Assembly: GCA_024704765.1 (NCBI GenBank)
Contig: JAKMXF010000244.1
Coordinates: 549,905 to 613,904, forward strand
DNA length: 64,000 nt
From: Oopsacas minuta
Taxonomy: Eukaryota > Animalia > Porifera
Direction: 5' to 3'
In this document: positions 48,406-60,539 of the stretch, piece after piece
Layout of the letters: the number at the start of each line of letters is the position of its first letter
Numbering within the stretch: position 1 is the first letter of the stretch
The notes under the pieces: model-generated
Told to the model about the DNA's origin: nothing
The model's database searches: none
The model's input: the letters and a program-made list of their open reading frames with translations, nothing else
Made by a program: the position numbers and the translations under genes

Positions 48406-49983
48406 TTAAGTAAAACAAATATATACCAAATATGTAATGAAAAATCCGATAATTATGAATAAACCAAAATGACTTAAAAATAGAAAATATGGTTTAGGAG
48501 TTAACACTCTGGTTTGGGTAGGAGATTTAGTATTTTTCCAACAATTTAGGATAGAATTTCTGGCTTGAGGCCATCTTTGTGGACCAAACAATCTGTATTG
48601 AGACGGTGTTAAAGGTCCAAACAATACGTGCATGAATAACCTTGGGTCTTCGAACAAAAGTTGTAAAAATCTTGGTTTTGCATCAAATAAATTTGAAATT
48701 TCGTCAGAATAATTTTGGTAATCTACCTGAATTGTGTGGCGTCTGGATTTAGTGAATGCTCTGCTCATTTTTTCCCTTTTCATTTTAATATCCTTTTCCA
48801 TTAAAGGTTGGGTGGGTAATTTCAAAACTTTATTAAATATCATCATTACCCACCTCGCCTGTAACTCAGCAATTGGATTGATAGCACCCAAAGGTTGTAC
48901 ACAACCCAATATAGCTAGACTACCTTTTAAATGAGGTGGAAATACATATTTGTAAAGTTCAACATTGTTATCCAATGTATTAATTATTCCAGAAGCTAAA
49001 AAGGGAAACCCGATACTGTAACCAGTACAATAAGCAATTACGTCAGCATCAACAGAAGTGTTGTCAATAAATTGAACTCCAGTTTCAGTTATAGATCTGA
49101 TATTCGGTTTCACCACAATACTACCAACAGCAATTCGCCCAATTAAATCATCATTAACAGTAGGATGAGATGTTAATACATCATGGTCTGGGGTTAATCC
49201 GTAAATATCAAGGTCTGCAAGTTTATAGATTAAAGATCGAATGTACAATTTAGATAAATATCTCGGCATCACACTTCTGATAAACCGATTCAATTGCATA
49301 TCAAATGGTAAAGACCCATTATGCAGTCTGGGAAAGATCCAAGCACCCTTTCTCGTTACTAGATAAACCTTTTTACAAACACGACTCATATCAACTGCCA
49401 TATCACATCCTGAATTCCCCACTCCAATAATAACAACACTCTTGCCAACGTAGTTATCATTCTTAAAATAATCCTGGCTGTGGATACATTTACCTTTGAA
49501 AAGATTGCGACCGGAAATATGAGGGATGTGTGGAACGCCGTGATGTCCATTACAGACGAGAACGAAATTGAAGAGTTCAACATAGGTTCTTTGCTGCTTC
49601 AGATTGGTAATAGTTAACTTCCAGTCACCAGTTTGTTCATAGTCATCACTCTTCTCTACCAATTCAACCCGATGTTTAAAGGCTATGTATTCCCTCAATC
49701 CAAAATTTTCACAATAGAAGCGGAAATATTCTAATACTTTGTGGTGAGGGCAATACGCTGGGAAATCCCTAGGCATTGGAAAATCACTGAAACACATCAT
49801 CTCCTTGCTAGTGTTAATGATAGTACTGTTATATACACTGCTACTGTAATTCTTTTTATCAATATTCCATAAACCACCAATATCACAATCAATTTCGAAG
49901 CATACAGGTTTGAGACCATGAGAGAGAGCTTCTTTTAAGCCAACTAATCCACAAGCCCCAGCTCCTATAATTGCTAAACTCAT
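48406..49983 (-). CDS. Flavin-containing monooxygenase (dimethylaniline monooxygenase, FMO5-like), single exon, 525 aa from first ATG
   Basis: IIGAGACGL (FAD), GGLW, FKGKCIHSQDY (FMO signature), GVGNSG (NADPH), YCTGY and a hydrophobic C-terminal anchor. The ORF track starts at 49998 on a non-ATG codon; the first ATG is at 49983. Confidence 0.95.
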   Translation of the reverse strand: MSLAIIGAGACGLVGLKEALSHGLKPVCFEIDCDIGGLWNIDKKNYSSSVYNSTIINTSKEMMCFSDFPMPRDFPAYCPHHKVLEYFRFYCENFGLREYIAFKHRVELVEKSDDYEQTGDWKLTITNLKQQRTYVELFNFVLVCNGHHGVPHIPHISGRNLFKGKCIHSQDYFKNDNYVGKSVVIIGVGNSGCDMAVDMSRVCKKVYLVTRKGAWIFPRLHNGSLPFDMQLNRFIRSVMPRYLSKLYIRSLIYKLADLDIYGLTPDHDVLTSHPTVNDDLIGRIAVGSIVVKPNIRSITETGVQFIDNTSVDADVIAYCTGYSIGFPFLASGIINTLDNNVELYKYVFPPHLKGSLAILGCVQPLGAINPIAELQARWVMMIFNKVLKLPTQPLMEKDIKMKREKMSRAFTKSRRHTIQVDYQNYSDEISNLFDAKPRFLQLLFEDPRLFMHVLFGPLTPSQYRLFGPQRWPQARNSILNCWKNTKSPTQTRVLTPKPYFLFLSHFGLFIIIGFFITYLVYICFT

Positions 49984-50020
49984 TGCTAATGATAACAATG
50001 TTATAAACTCATTTAAATTA

Positions 50021-51353
50021 TCAGGGCGCTCAATAAGTCTTGCGGGTGATGATATATCTTAGGAATTAGTCAAGTAATATATCTAACTTTCATATATTAT
50101 AAGCCCATATAGTTAAACTTTATAAAACTGAAGGTTTCAAGCTTATTCAATACAAATTATGAATCTTTGAAATAGTTACGTGTAGCTAATTTATACCCAC
50201 TGTTGAATTTATGGCTTCAAAGGATGATAATTTCAACCTCAAATGGCGAGCTTACATAGAGTTTCGCACAATACTCAAGATCCAGCCCGTACAGATCTTC
50301 AGCGAGTTACAGGAGATATTGGGCGTGGATTGCCCTTCCAGATCTACTGTAGAGCGATGGGCTTCCTGTTGTAGATCTGGTGATGCGGATGTCATAGATT
50401 TGCCTCGATCTGGAAAACCGGTATCCGCCACTAATTCAGAGAACATCGCTCTGAATGGAAGTATGGTTATGGAAGACAAGTACATTACTGTCAATCAGTT
50501 AGAACAAAGTATGGAGATTTCATCGGGAGCTATTCATACAATTCTGACCACTGAGCTTGGCTACCGATCGATTTGTGGGAAATGGGTCCCGATAAGCAAA
50601 GTGAGAATCAAAGGTTGGCACGACTGAATATTTCCAAGAACTCTTGGAAACTTATGAGAACTGCGATTCTAGACGCCTAACAGAGATTATTACTGGTGAC
50701 GAGATGTGGGTGTACTACTCAACGCCATATAGCAAGTATAAGAAGCGATCATGGGTGAGGGGTAACGAACAACCGGCGAAAATTCCTAGGCCCGCCTTCG
50801 GAAACCTAAGATTGTGCATACCATCTTCTTCAGTAGTCATGGAATTGTCTTGCAATTACCTTGTGAGAGTGGCAAGGCTGTTATTGCTACTTTCTTTCAG
50901 AGCAAGTGCTTCCAAATTTGATAAAAAATATAGAAAAGTACCGCCCGAAAACCGGAACTCGAGGAATGAAGATTTTTAATTGATAACGCCAGTTCCCATA
51001 CAGCTAAGCTTACCAAAAATTTCTTGGATGTAGAATGGTTAGAATTATTTCCCCATCCACCATACCCACCAGGCCTAGCTCCGTGTGATTTTTGGCTATT
51101 CCCCAAGCTTAAAATCTACCTTCAAGGCATAGATTTGAACACATTACAAGCACTCGGAACGGTCCTGTACCAGTACTTCAAATCCATCCCCGAAGAAGAG
51201 TACAGAAATGTGTTTACAAGTGGGTGGAAAGGTTAAAAATTTGTGTATCTACAGGAGGGGGATTACTTTGAATAAACAATATAGTGAATTGGTGTGTATA
51301 GTGTTTGTATCATATTCTATGATATCACCCGCAAGACTTATTGAACGCCCTAG
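50021..51353 (+). mobile_element. mariner family 1, copy 3 (defective)
   Basis: TA-flanked TIRs; same broken ORF set as copy 2. Confidence 0.93.
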
Positions 51354-51611
51354 TAGCATTATAGTCGCTCAAACTCGGTGTTGAAACTTGGGTCTATCAG
51401 AATATATTTGAAGTTCTATATTGAAAATTGCCACGTATTTATTCAAATAATGTATTAAGCAATGTTACCTATTTATAGAAATATATTTTAGCAATCAAAA
51501 TGCAAATTTGGTCCAAATGTGTGAAATTTGAGCTTAGTAGAGGTATTTATAATGAGTAGCGCATGCGCGGCATTAGAGTAATTACCACATAATTATGCTA
51601 CAATAGGATTA

Positions 51612-54600
51612 CACTGGGTAATAGCAATTTACACAAACTATCCTAGGATATTTCTAACCCACTTTTAACCTCTGAGGTCAAAAACGCTATCCATTTGCGC
51701 CCATCACGTCCAGATTGTTTGATATTGATGTTTCGTAATTTTTGTCCAAAGTTTCATCTAGGCCTAGTCTTCCCAAGTCGTAATTATATAATCTATTTAA
51801 CGGTGTTTCTAAAACACATTAAATTCGTTGCTACTGTGTCTTCTATGACTAGATATTTGGGCGTTCCAAAACTCTGTTTATTCGGAGTCAAGGCACATTT
51901 TATCTTATAAGTTCCATTCATAGTATAAGGAATCCTAACTTTAGCTGAGATATTAATAGAATAGTGTTATTCTTATGCCTATATAGTAGGCTTATGGTCG
52001 GCTTATAGTCCTATATATAGAGAGCAGGGATGTCCTGCTCTAATTATAAGTATGGGAGCGGTATTTTAAATTTCAAATTCAATTGAATATATCCTAATTT
52101 CTAATACAAAATTCAAACAATATACCGGTAATTGAATTAATAAGATAAGTATGAATAATATCAAAGGTTTAGTAGTAAATCTGAAAATAGAGTTCTAACA
52201 AGTGATTGAGTCCCAAAATTATTTAACCAATAATACTTCCAAATTTCTTCTTGTTTACGGGCTCAGAATATTATATTCCATCATTTTATATATCCTACAT
52301 TCCAGAACACGTTGCTTATAATATAATTATTACTTATAAGAATCATTTGAAATAGATATTTTGTTATGATTAACGCTAGATTCGGATAAAATAATACATA
52401 GTTGATGTAAAACTTCCCATTGTTCTTCAAACAAGTACAATACATTCACGGCGCTATAAACTAAACATTTGCTCTCTCAACTCGACTTAATTGTATTTGG
52501 AACAAATTTCAATTTATTTCAAATATTGATTGTATGTTACTGTAGATACCAAGTATACAAATTCTCTAACTTGTGAAGTAATTGTGACTTCCTAATTTGA
52601 TTTGATAAAAAAAGTATGGGAGCGGCGCTCCCACTACCTAAAAAACTATAGGAGCGGCGCTCCCACCCGCTCCCACAGCAGGACACCACTGGTGTCTACA
52701 GAATGATAATTCTGTCGATAACCTGGTTTATCTATGGGTTACGAGTGCCCTTGAGTGTAATTATAACTTCTCCGTTATGCTTCAAGATGACCAGATTAAA
52801 CGGCTGATGGAAGAACACAACGTTTCATTTACAGTAGATTTGAAAGCTGCTATTTATTGATTGGGAATAATGAACGGACGTCGCTCTTGTATATGGTGTA
52901 CTTGGGACAATAGAAGGGGTTTAGACAGTGTTCAGTGGGAAGAACGATCATCTGCTCACCATCTAGAGATGTTTCAAAGCTTCAAGATATGTATCAGGGA
53001 GATTCTAAGAATCATGCAATTGACTGCGAAAGTATTGAGGATCGCCAAACACTAAATGTACGACTGGTAGATTTCATGCAAATGTTTAATCTTCCCGAGT
53101 ACATCTGTTACTTGGGATAGGACAGAAGTTATACGATGCCATCCTCATCACAATGTCTGAGGACGAAAAAGAACACCATGAAGCAATACTAAAAAACTAA
53201 ATATTCATAGAAGTGCTTACCATAGAGGAACATTTGAAGGTAATGCAATGAGGAAAATCACAAAGGAGGTATTGGAACTCGGGTTTCCAAAGAGTAATTC
53301 GTCTTATATCACGCTTGTAAAATTCAGGGATGTTGTCCCACTACCTAAAAAACTATAGGAGCGGCGCTCCCACCCGCTCCCACAGCAGGACACCACTGTT
53401 AGGGAGTATATAGTAAGATATTAATATTAATTTATATTTCAGCGAATTGTTTTATGGCATCTTCAAGGAGGAAATGTTCTAATGATCCGAATAGTTTCTG
53501 CTATATTGTGGAGTGTTAACATTCGCAACACAGTAACGGGCGATAGAGTGATACCTTACGCAATTTATACCATGCTTATTCTGGGATCCAATTGGGCGAC
53601 CAAGACAAAGAGTGGTCACCATATAGTTTGTCAGAAATGCTTCATGAATTTATATAACTGGTCACGTAACAAACTAATGTCAATGCAATTTGGAATTCCT
53701 ATGATATGGAGAGGACCGACAAACCATTTTGATGATTGCTATTTCTGTATGGTCAAAACACTAGGTTTCAATCAGAAGAACAAATCAAGAATACAGTATC
53801 CCTCTATACCATCTGCAATAAGGCCGGTTCAACATAGCGATGAAATTCCGATTTCAATTTGGAATAATCCTGAACTTGAACATGTAATAACTGATTGTTA
53901 ACAATGTTTACCTGATCCGGAACCAGAAAATATTGATGATGTGGAGTCACCTGACGAGAGTAGAGATGAAGAATTTATCAAATCTAAACCACTGCAAACA
54001 TTAAACCAGGAAGAGTTAAATGACTTAGTTCGCGATCTTGCTTTGTCAAAGGCTGCTTCCGAACTACTAGCATCTAGGCTTAACCAAAAGAATTTGTTGG
54101 GTCCACACACCAAGATTTCATATTATCGTCATAAAGAATAGGAGTTCTTACAATATTTTGCTCAACGTGAAAATTGTGTTTACTGTTGTGACATTGAGGG
54201 CCTGTTAAAAGACCTTGGTCTAAAAGAAAATGATGCTAATGAATGGAGACTTTTTATTGATAGCTGAAAAAGGAAGTTTAAAAGTTGTTTTACTTCACAA
54301 TGGTAATCAGTTTGGCTCAATACCCCTTGCTCATTGTGACATTAAGTGAAAAATATGAACATGTCAATCGGATTTACAATTAATTAGATACGATTCTCAT
54401 AAGTGGATCATCTGTGTAGATCTAAAAATGGTTAGCTTCCTTCTCGGGCCACAAAGTGGGTACACAAAATATCCTTGTTTTTTGTGTATGTGGGATAGTA
54501 GAGCGAAGAATGAACATTGGATCAGAAAGGAGTGGCCAAAAAGAGAAAATTTAATTGTTGGTTGTGATAATGTGATCAACGAAGCACTGGTGGATCGGGA

Positions 54601-55477
54601 AAAGATTGTTTTTTCCACCTTTGCATATTAAACTCGGGCTAATTAAGCAATTCGTAAAAGCTCTTAACAAGGATGATGATTGTTTTAAATACCTTCGCTC
54701 ACGATTCCACCGGCTGAGCGATGAAAAAGTCAAATCTGGTATCTTCAATGGGCAAGACATCCGAAAATTGATGAAAAATCCCGAATTCACTGCTCATATG
54801 TTGGATACTGAGTATGATGCATGGCGAGCCTTGTATCGGTTGTGAAAGGTTTTTAGGAAATAGAAGAGACTATAATTATGTGAATTTAATCAATCATTTG
54901 CTCGAAAGCTTTCAGAAGTTGGGATGTAATATGAGCATCAAAATTCATTTTTTACATAGCCACTTGGATGAATTCCCAGCAAACCTTGGAGACGTATTGG
55001 ATGAGCAGGGTGAACGATTTCATCAGGATATTCAAACGATGGAAGAGCGTTACCAAGGAAGGTATGACGCTAAAATGATGCGGACTACTGTTGGAGCCTG
55101 AAGCGAAATTATGTGGACATACATTACGCGAGAAAATCTCATAAAAGGAAGTTCTTGGAGTCCTAATCTAGGTTCTTAAGAAAATTTATAGAATAACACA
55201 TGGTATATATCCTTTCATATGTAGAAGTATGTAGTGAACAAGAAATATATTATTTAAGTATATTTATACATGAAAATTTGAAGTTGGGAACATTATATTT
55301 GATCATCCATATTAATGTTAAAATGTACTATTCAAAAACAAGTCTTGTTCTATACTATAAAATCCTAACGTGATGGCCATAAATGGATGCGTTTTTCAAA
55401 CTCAGCACGAAAAGTTGTATTAGAAAATTGGATAACTTAGAGTGTGTACTGAAAAAATAAATTTACTTAGCCCTGTG
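51612..55477 (+). mobile_element. Chapaev3 transposon, degenerate, 3-bp TSD TTA; transposase ~53454-55165
   Basis: Imperfect ~110-bp TIRs starting CAC(T/A)GGG, with TTA on both flanks. Motifs NDPNSFCYICG, FGIPMIWRGPTNHFDDCYFC, DLKMVSFLLGPQSGYTKYPCFLC, PPLHIKLG and KIHFLHSHLD...DEQGERFHQDI. Confidence 0.9.
52025..53398. mobile_element. Composite hAT-MITE carrying 645 bp of Chapaev transposase (MITE 52025-52691 + capture 52692-53336 + second right end 53337-53398)
   Basis: Reverse-complement copy of 7613-8891 plus an extra terminal 62 bp. Flanks ATAGAGAG / TTAGGGAG match 6/8. Confidence 0.8.
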
Positions 55478-55499
55478 TTATTGATAAATCATATTTATA

Positions 55500-56820
55500 C
55501 TTAGGGCATTCAAAAAATTCCTATCTTTGTTTAATATCTTGACACTACAACAACTTACTAATCAAATTTGTACATAAAATTTCGAAATACTCCCCCTCTA
55601 CATCAATGCATACTTGTAGCCTTTCAACCCACTTCGAAAATGTTTTTTTATACTCGTCTCTGTCCACTGAATTGAGGTAGAGGTAAATCCCGCTTCCTAG
55701 CTCTTGTCGGGCATGAAATATCCGTCCTTCGAGATATTTTTTCAGCTCAGGAAATAGCCAGAAATCACAAGGTCTGGGGAATACGGAGGATCTTCTATCG
55801 TTTCAAACCCGATATCCTCAAAGACTTCCCTAACGTATTTTGAAACATGAGGTCTGGCATTATCGTGGAGAAGTTTGATTCCTCGAGGGTACGCGGACAT
55901 CGCGTTTTATAGACTCTCGACTTTTCTCAGGCATTTTTCTGTATAAAATTCTCCTTTGAGTCGCTCTCCTTTATGCACAGGTATTTGAGCCACTGGCCCA
56001 TACGCATGAAAAAATATACCGTAGAGAACCTTATCGTCTCGGAAGTCCGGACGTGCCTTTTCGGGGGATAAGAACCTTTTTGGGAGCCACGATTTGCTTT
56101 GTCCCTTATGCAGAGGTTCAGAAAATTTAATCCAAGTTTTGTCACCAGCAACGATTTCATATAAGCTTCGAGAATCACAATCTCTATATTCTTTAAGCAA
56201 TATTTTCGCGCATGAAACTCTTCTCCTTTTGCCCCTTTGTGATGATTTTGGTGTCCATCGCGCTGAAATCTTTCGATATTCGAGATAATCGTGTAGAATT
56301 GTATGAACACTTCCCGATGAGATGTCCATGATTAGGGCAATCTCTTCAACGCTCAAATGGGGGTCAATATTCAAAAGTTCCAGAATTTCAGAGGCAATTT
56401 CAGGGATGGTAGCGGAAAACGGTATTTCGGTCCGAGGGGCATCTTCAATGCTGCCCCTACCAGTCTTTAATTTGCGTGCCCATTCCTTTACAGTGAGATA
56501 CGCTAGAGCTTACCCTTGATAAACGGCGATGAGATCCTCATGTATCTGGAGTGGTTTTTCGCCGAGTACGGTAAGAATCTTTATGTAAGCCAGATGTTCG
56601 GTTTTGCTTGATAAGTGTTTTGAAGCCATGAAAAAGTTAACTCTCGAAAATAGGTAAAATTGAAAGTAGGATAGAGCAAGATATATAATAGCAAGTGTGA
56701 ATTGCTCAACAGCATTAAATATGTAATCGATAGACTATTAGGATATACTATGCATTTCATGTAATTGAGTAGAGTTTGGCTACTATAAACTAAGGATAGG
56801 AACTTTTTGAATGCCCCAAG
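55500..56820 (-). mobile_element. mariner family 4, degenerate
   Basis: TA|CTT(A/G)GGGCATTCAAAAA TIRs; AYIKILTVLG, ISARWTPK, IVAGDKTW and HDNART-like motif. Confidence 0.88.
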
Positions 56821-57223
56821 TAGATACACGTTATCGTATCAACGATAGTTTCCCAAAGTGCTGAACTGAATGTGATTAGATAAGTTTGGTAACTACATTA
56901 CGACAAGTGGTCATTGGAATGCTGGTGTACATACTGAATCTAAGTTGCATAATACGTTATACGTGATCTATTTGAACGTATTATGCGTATAGGTTAACCT
57001 CGAAATGTAAGATTTTGACATTGTGAGACTTGTTTAAGTCACATTAATATCAAGTATTATATAAATTGGTTAACTATGTTGAGATTTCTCATTAACAATT
57101 CGAGAACTACTATTTTGAGGCAAAATATTAATTAATCGATTCAGAATTCAGATGACTACAATCAAAGTAAATTGTTATTGAATTTTTCATTATTCTGGAG
57201 TTAAATATTCAATTTTTGAAGTA

Positions 57224-57383
57224 TGGTATACTCCGCTTAATAGACCAACCGGTTAATAGGGTCACTTGGCAAATAACATAACTAATGTTAAATTGCTCCG
57301 GTTCGTGGGGCCAACACTTTTATTGCGGTTAATCGGGTCTAAATGGCCTGGTCCCAAGTGACCCTATTAAGCGGAGTCTACTG
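57224..57383. mobile_element. pogo-like MITE
   Basis: TA-flanked TIRs with shared ACTCCGCTTAATAG. Confidence 0.7.
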
Positions 57384-57603
57384 TACATTTACTATTCTCA
57401 ATACAAAATAATACATAATGGATTACTAGGAACAGTTTTACTAAACGAAAGGAAATAATGATTGAAACAAACGGCAATCTATGCATTAGGGTGTTGTGAA
57501 AATACTATTTCGTTCAATTTCTTTCGGCTGGGGTAATTTGGGGTGTGGTTGGATGTCATTTACCCAAATATATATAAACAACTAACATTTTGATCATTTA
57601 CAC

Positions 57604-60102
57604 CAGTGTTTCCCAACCATTAGCAATTTAACGCCCCCTGAAAGACTTAATATTTACAGAACGCCCCCTATTTACTACTTTATTGAATCAATTTTTAATT
57701 ACTGACTATATAGAAATAGCAAAATAGACTGATAGAGTATCTAGGGGCTAATCTAAGTATCAGTATACGTTGGAACATGTGATCCTTGACTTTGGTGGCT
57801 CTTTACTAGTTTGACTACATCCGGTTCTAACTGCGTCAGAAAGAGTCTCAAGTCGCCTCTTGTTGCTATTTCCAGTCGATTTCTTTGTTTTGTGAGCAGA
57901 TTAGCTACTGTGCTGAATCCCTTTTCGACAAGATATGATGATGGAAATGCAACAAACAATAATTTTACAGTTTGAAAAATATGAGAATAGCGTTCAGAGA
58001 CTTCCTTCTTCATCCAGAATGCACTACAGTAGAACTCGGATAAGACGTACTCGGCTTAAGACGTACACTCGGTTAAGACGTACTATTTCTTGTATCCCAA
58101 AATATCAGTCATCACTATTTGTAATGCAAACATATTCGGATAAGACGTACACTCGGTTAAGACGTACTAATTTCTGTTTCCCGAGGGGGTACGTCTTATC
58201 CGAGTTCTACTGTATATCCACATTGGGTGAATATGGCATTACATTCGATATTATTCTGCAAATCGGTGAATTCTTCTTGAAATTGTGGATCCAAAGTTTC
58301 TATATTTGTTCCAAATGGATTTATCACAAAATTAGGGATAACTAACTCGGTTAAATCTTTGAATCGAATCAACAAATCTTCGCTAAGGGAATCAACATGT
58401 GAACAGTAAATATGAATGTTGTCATCTCTAATGATGTTATTATTTGCCATATCCAGTTCACTTAAACAAAGTAACTGCCCAAATTCACAATGCGCAATAT
58501 TCTGTCGGAACAAGGTTAGTTTACTTAAGAATGATAGAACAACGCCCTTCGCTTGAATAAGAGTAGTATTATTCCCTTGTAGCTGTATTCACTATATTCA
58601 GTTTCTCGAATATGTCAGCTAAGTAAGCCACATAAGTCCTTATCATTTTAACCTTTTTTGCCAGAGTTGAATCGTATTCTTCTAGGAACTTGACTATAGA
58701 ATCAAACAGTTGATGGAATCGTTTCAAACAATCACCTTTAGAAAGCCACCTAACTTCAGTATGGAGAAGGAGGCGTTTGTAATCTTCATCATTGTTTTCA
58801 CAAAGTTGCTGAAAGATGCGATCATTCAGTGAGTTATTTTGGATTTTGTTCGGAGCAGTAATCACGATTTGCAAAGACTGTTGAAGATTTGGAGTTAGGC
58901 GATCAAATGTTGACGATGTATGACACAATGAATAGAGAAAACCTTCGGCACAGCTCGTTTCAGATGAGCTATGAAACCACGATGACGTCCAATCATTGAA
59001 GGTGCTCCATCAGTAGCACACGCAATAATATTTCCCATTGGTATGTTCTTCTCTTCACAAAATTGCTTTACCACCATAAATATTGTTTCACCTTTAGTAT
59101 CTGTTTCTAGTGGCTTGGGGAAGAGCATTTCTTCTTTTGATACACAATTGTGAATATCGTACATGTGTCATAAGTAAGGCTTTATTGTCATGTAAGGTTG
59201 ACTCATCAAGCTGCAAATCGAATTCTGTGGTTGTAAAACTTTACACAACTGTTGTTCAACATCTATAGCCAATTCTTCGATCCTCCTCGAAACTGAGTTA
59301 TTACTTAAGGGAATTGATCTAACTACACTAGACGCATCTTGATGCATGACAGTAGATATAGCCTCTCTTATAGCTGGAAGGATGAGATTTTCATCTATTG
59401 TATGAGGCTTTCCACATTTGGCGATTAAGAGAGATATATTGTGAGAAGCAACAAGACCATCGTCATTTTTAGTAGTAATTTTGTTAATCATTCCATCTAT
59501 GGAACTACTATTTGCAGACACTTGCTTAAAGTCTGGAAATACTTGAGATCCTTGTCTTTCTTATCAGGGTGTTTCTTCGTCAAATGGCCGCACACACGTA
59601 AAGGTTTCATGTCCTCATTAGAGAACACTTGATTGCAGAGTAAACAAATGAGTAATTGTTGATTAGTAGGTGAATCGATGAAACCAAATTTCAGAAAATC
59701 TATGGAGTATTGACGGCATTTTTTCTTGGGGTTTTCAGCCATGATTGGATATGTAAGAAAAATCGTGTCTACTATTGAGGTAATTAATGAAACAACATGG
59801 TATGATCACTTTTTATAACATCTTTGTTAAGAAGCCGTCTGAACTGTTAATTCAAAACAAAGAAACAATACCATTGAAAGCATTGATTGATTGTAAATGG
59901 TGAATACTTAGCTCTTCTTGTGGGCAACGTGTTAGAATTGTCATTATGGGTGAAGTGCACAACATATTAATGATACAGTAGTATCTCGCAAAATTTACAG
60001 ATGTTAGAATAAATCTTCATCCAAAGGCTCATTATCTTGTCAGCGCCCCCTGAGGCAAAGCAAACGCCCCAGGGGCGTTTAAGCCCCCGTTGGGAACCAC
60101 TG
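57604..60102 (-). mobile_element. Buster/SPIN-type hAT (ZBED5/SCAND3-like transposase, 59742->~57750), 8-bp TSD ATTTACAC
   Basis: TIRs CAGTG(T/G)TTCCCAAC; perfect TSD with central TA. Motifs CRQYSIDFLKFGF, CLLCNQV, ATDGAPSM, IHCVIHRQHL, LLHTEVRWLSKG and FPSSYLVEKGFS. Confidence 0.93.
58027..58212. mobile_element. pogo-like MITE nested in the Buster transposase
   Basis: Perfect TA|CAGTAGAACTCGGATAAGACGTAC TIRs; internal repeats of TAAGACGTACACTCGGTTAAGACGTACTA. Confidence 0.88.
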
Positions 60103-60539
60103 ATTTACACCATTCAACAAATTCATTTAGGTTGGTACAATGGGACAAGGGCCTTATTTGTCCGGTTCATGACTTATTTTACTTTATACTCGATTCCTAA
60201 TAAATTTCTATTGAATATGCATTATTTTATCTACTACTAATTGCCATGTAATTTTCTCTTACATTATTCTTTCGCATAATTCTTAGATTTTTATTTTTAT
60301 GGCAGTTTATCTACGTAGTCAATCTGTACACCCTTCATTTGGTCAACCGGCTAAATTATATCAGTGTGTGCTTCCATGGTGTACTGATGTTTACAATTAT
60401 TTTTCACTTAAAAGGCATAAAATTATTTCGAATGGTGAATAAAATCCTAAGACCCGAGAAATAGCCAAAGTAGAACTAAAGGGTATCCTTCATGTTTAAA
60501 TAGAACTAGTTTAGTCAAATGGCAATAGAAGTTAGATCA

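Noticed and set aside
58040-58175. CRISPR-like direct repeats (TAAGACGTACACTCGGTTAAGACGTACTA)
   Set aside because: These are internal repeats of a TA-flanked MITE in a eukaryotic context, with no regular unique spacers and no cas genes.
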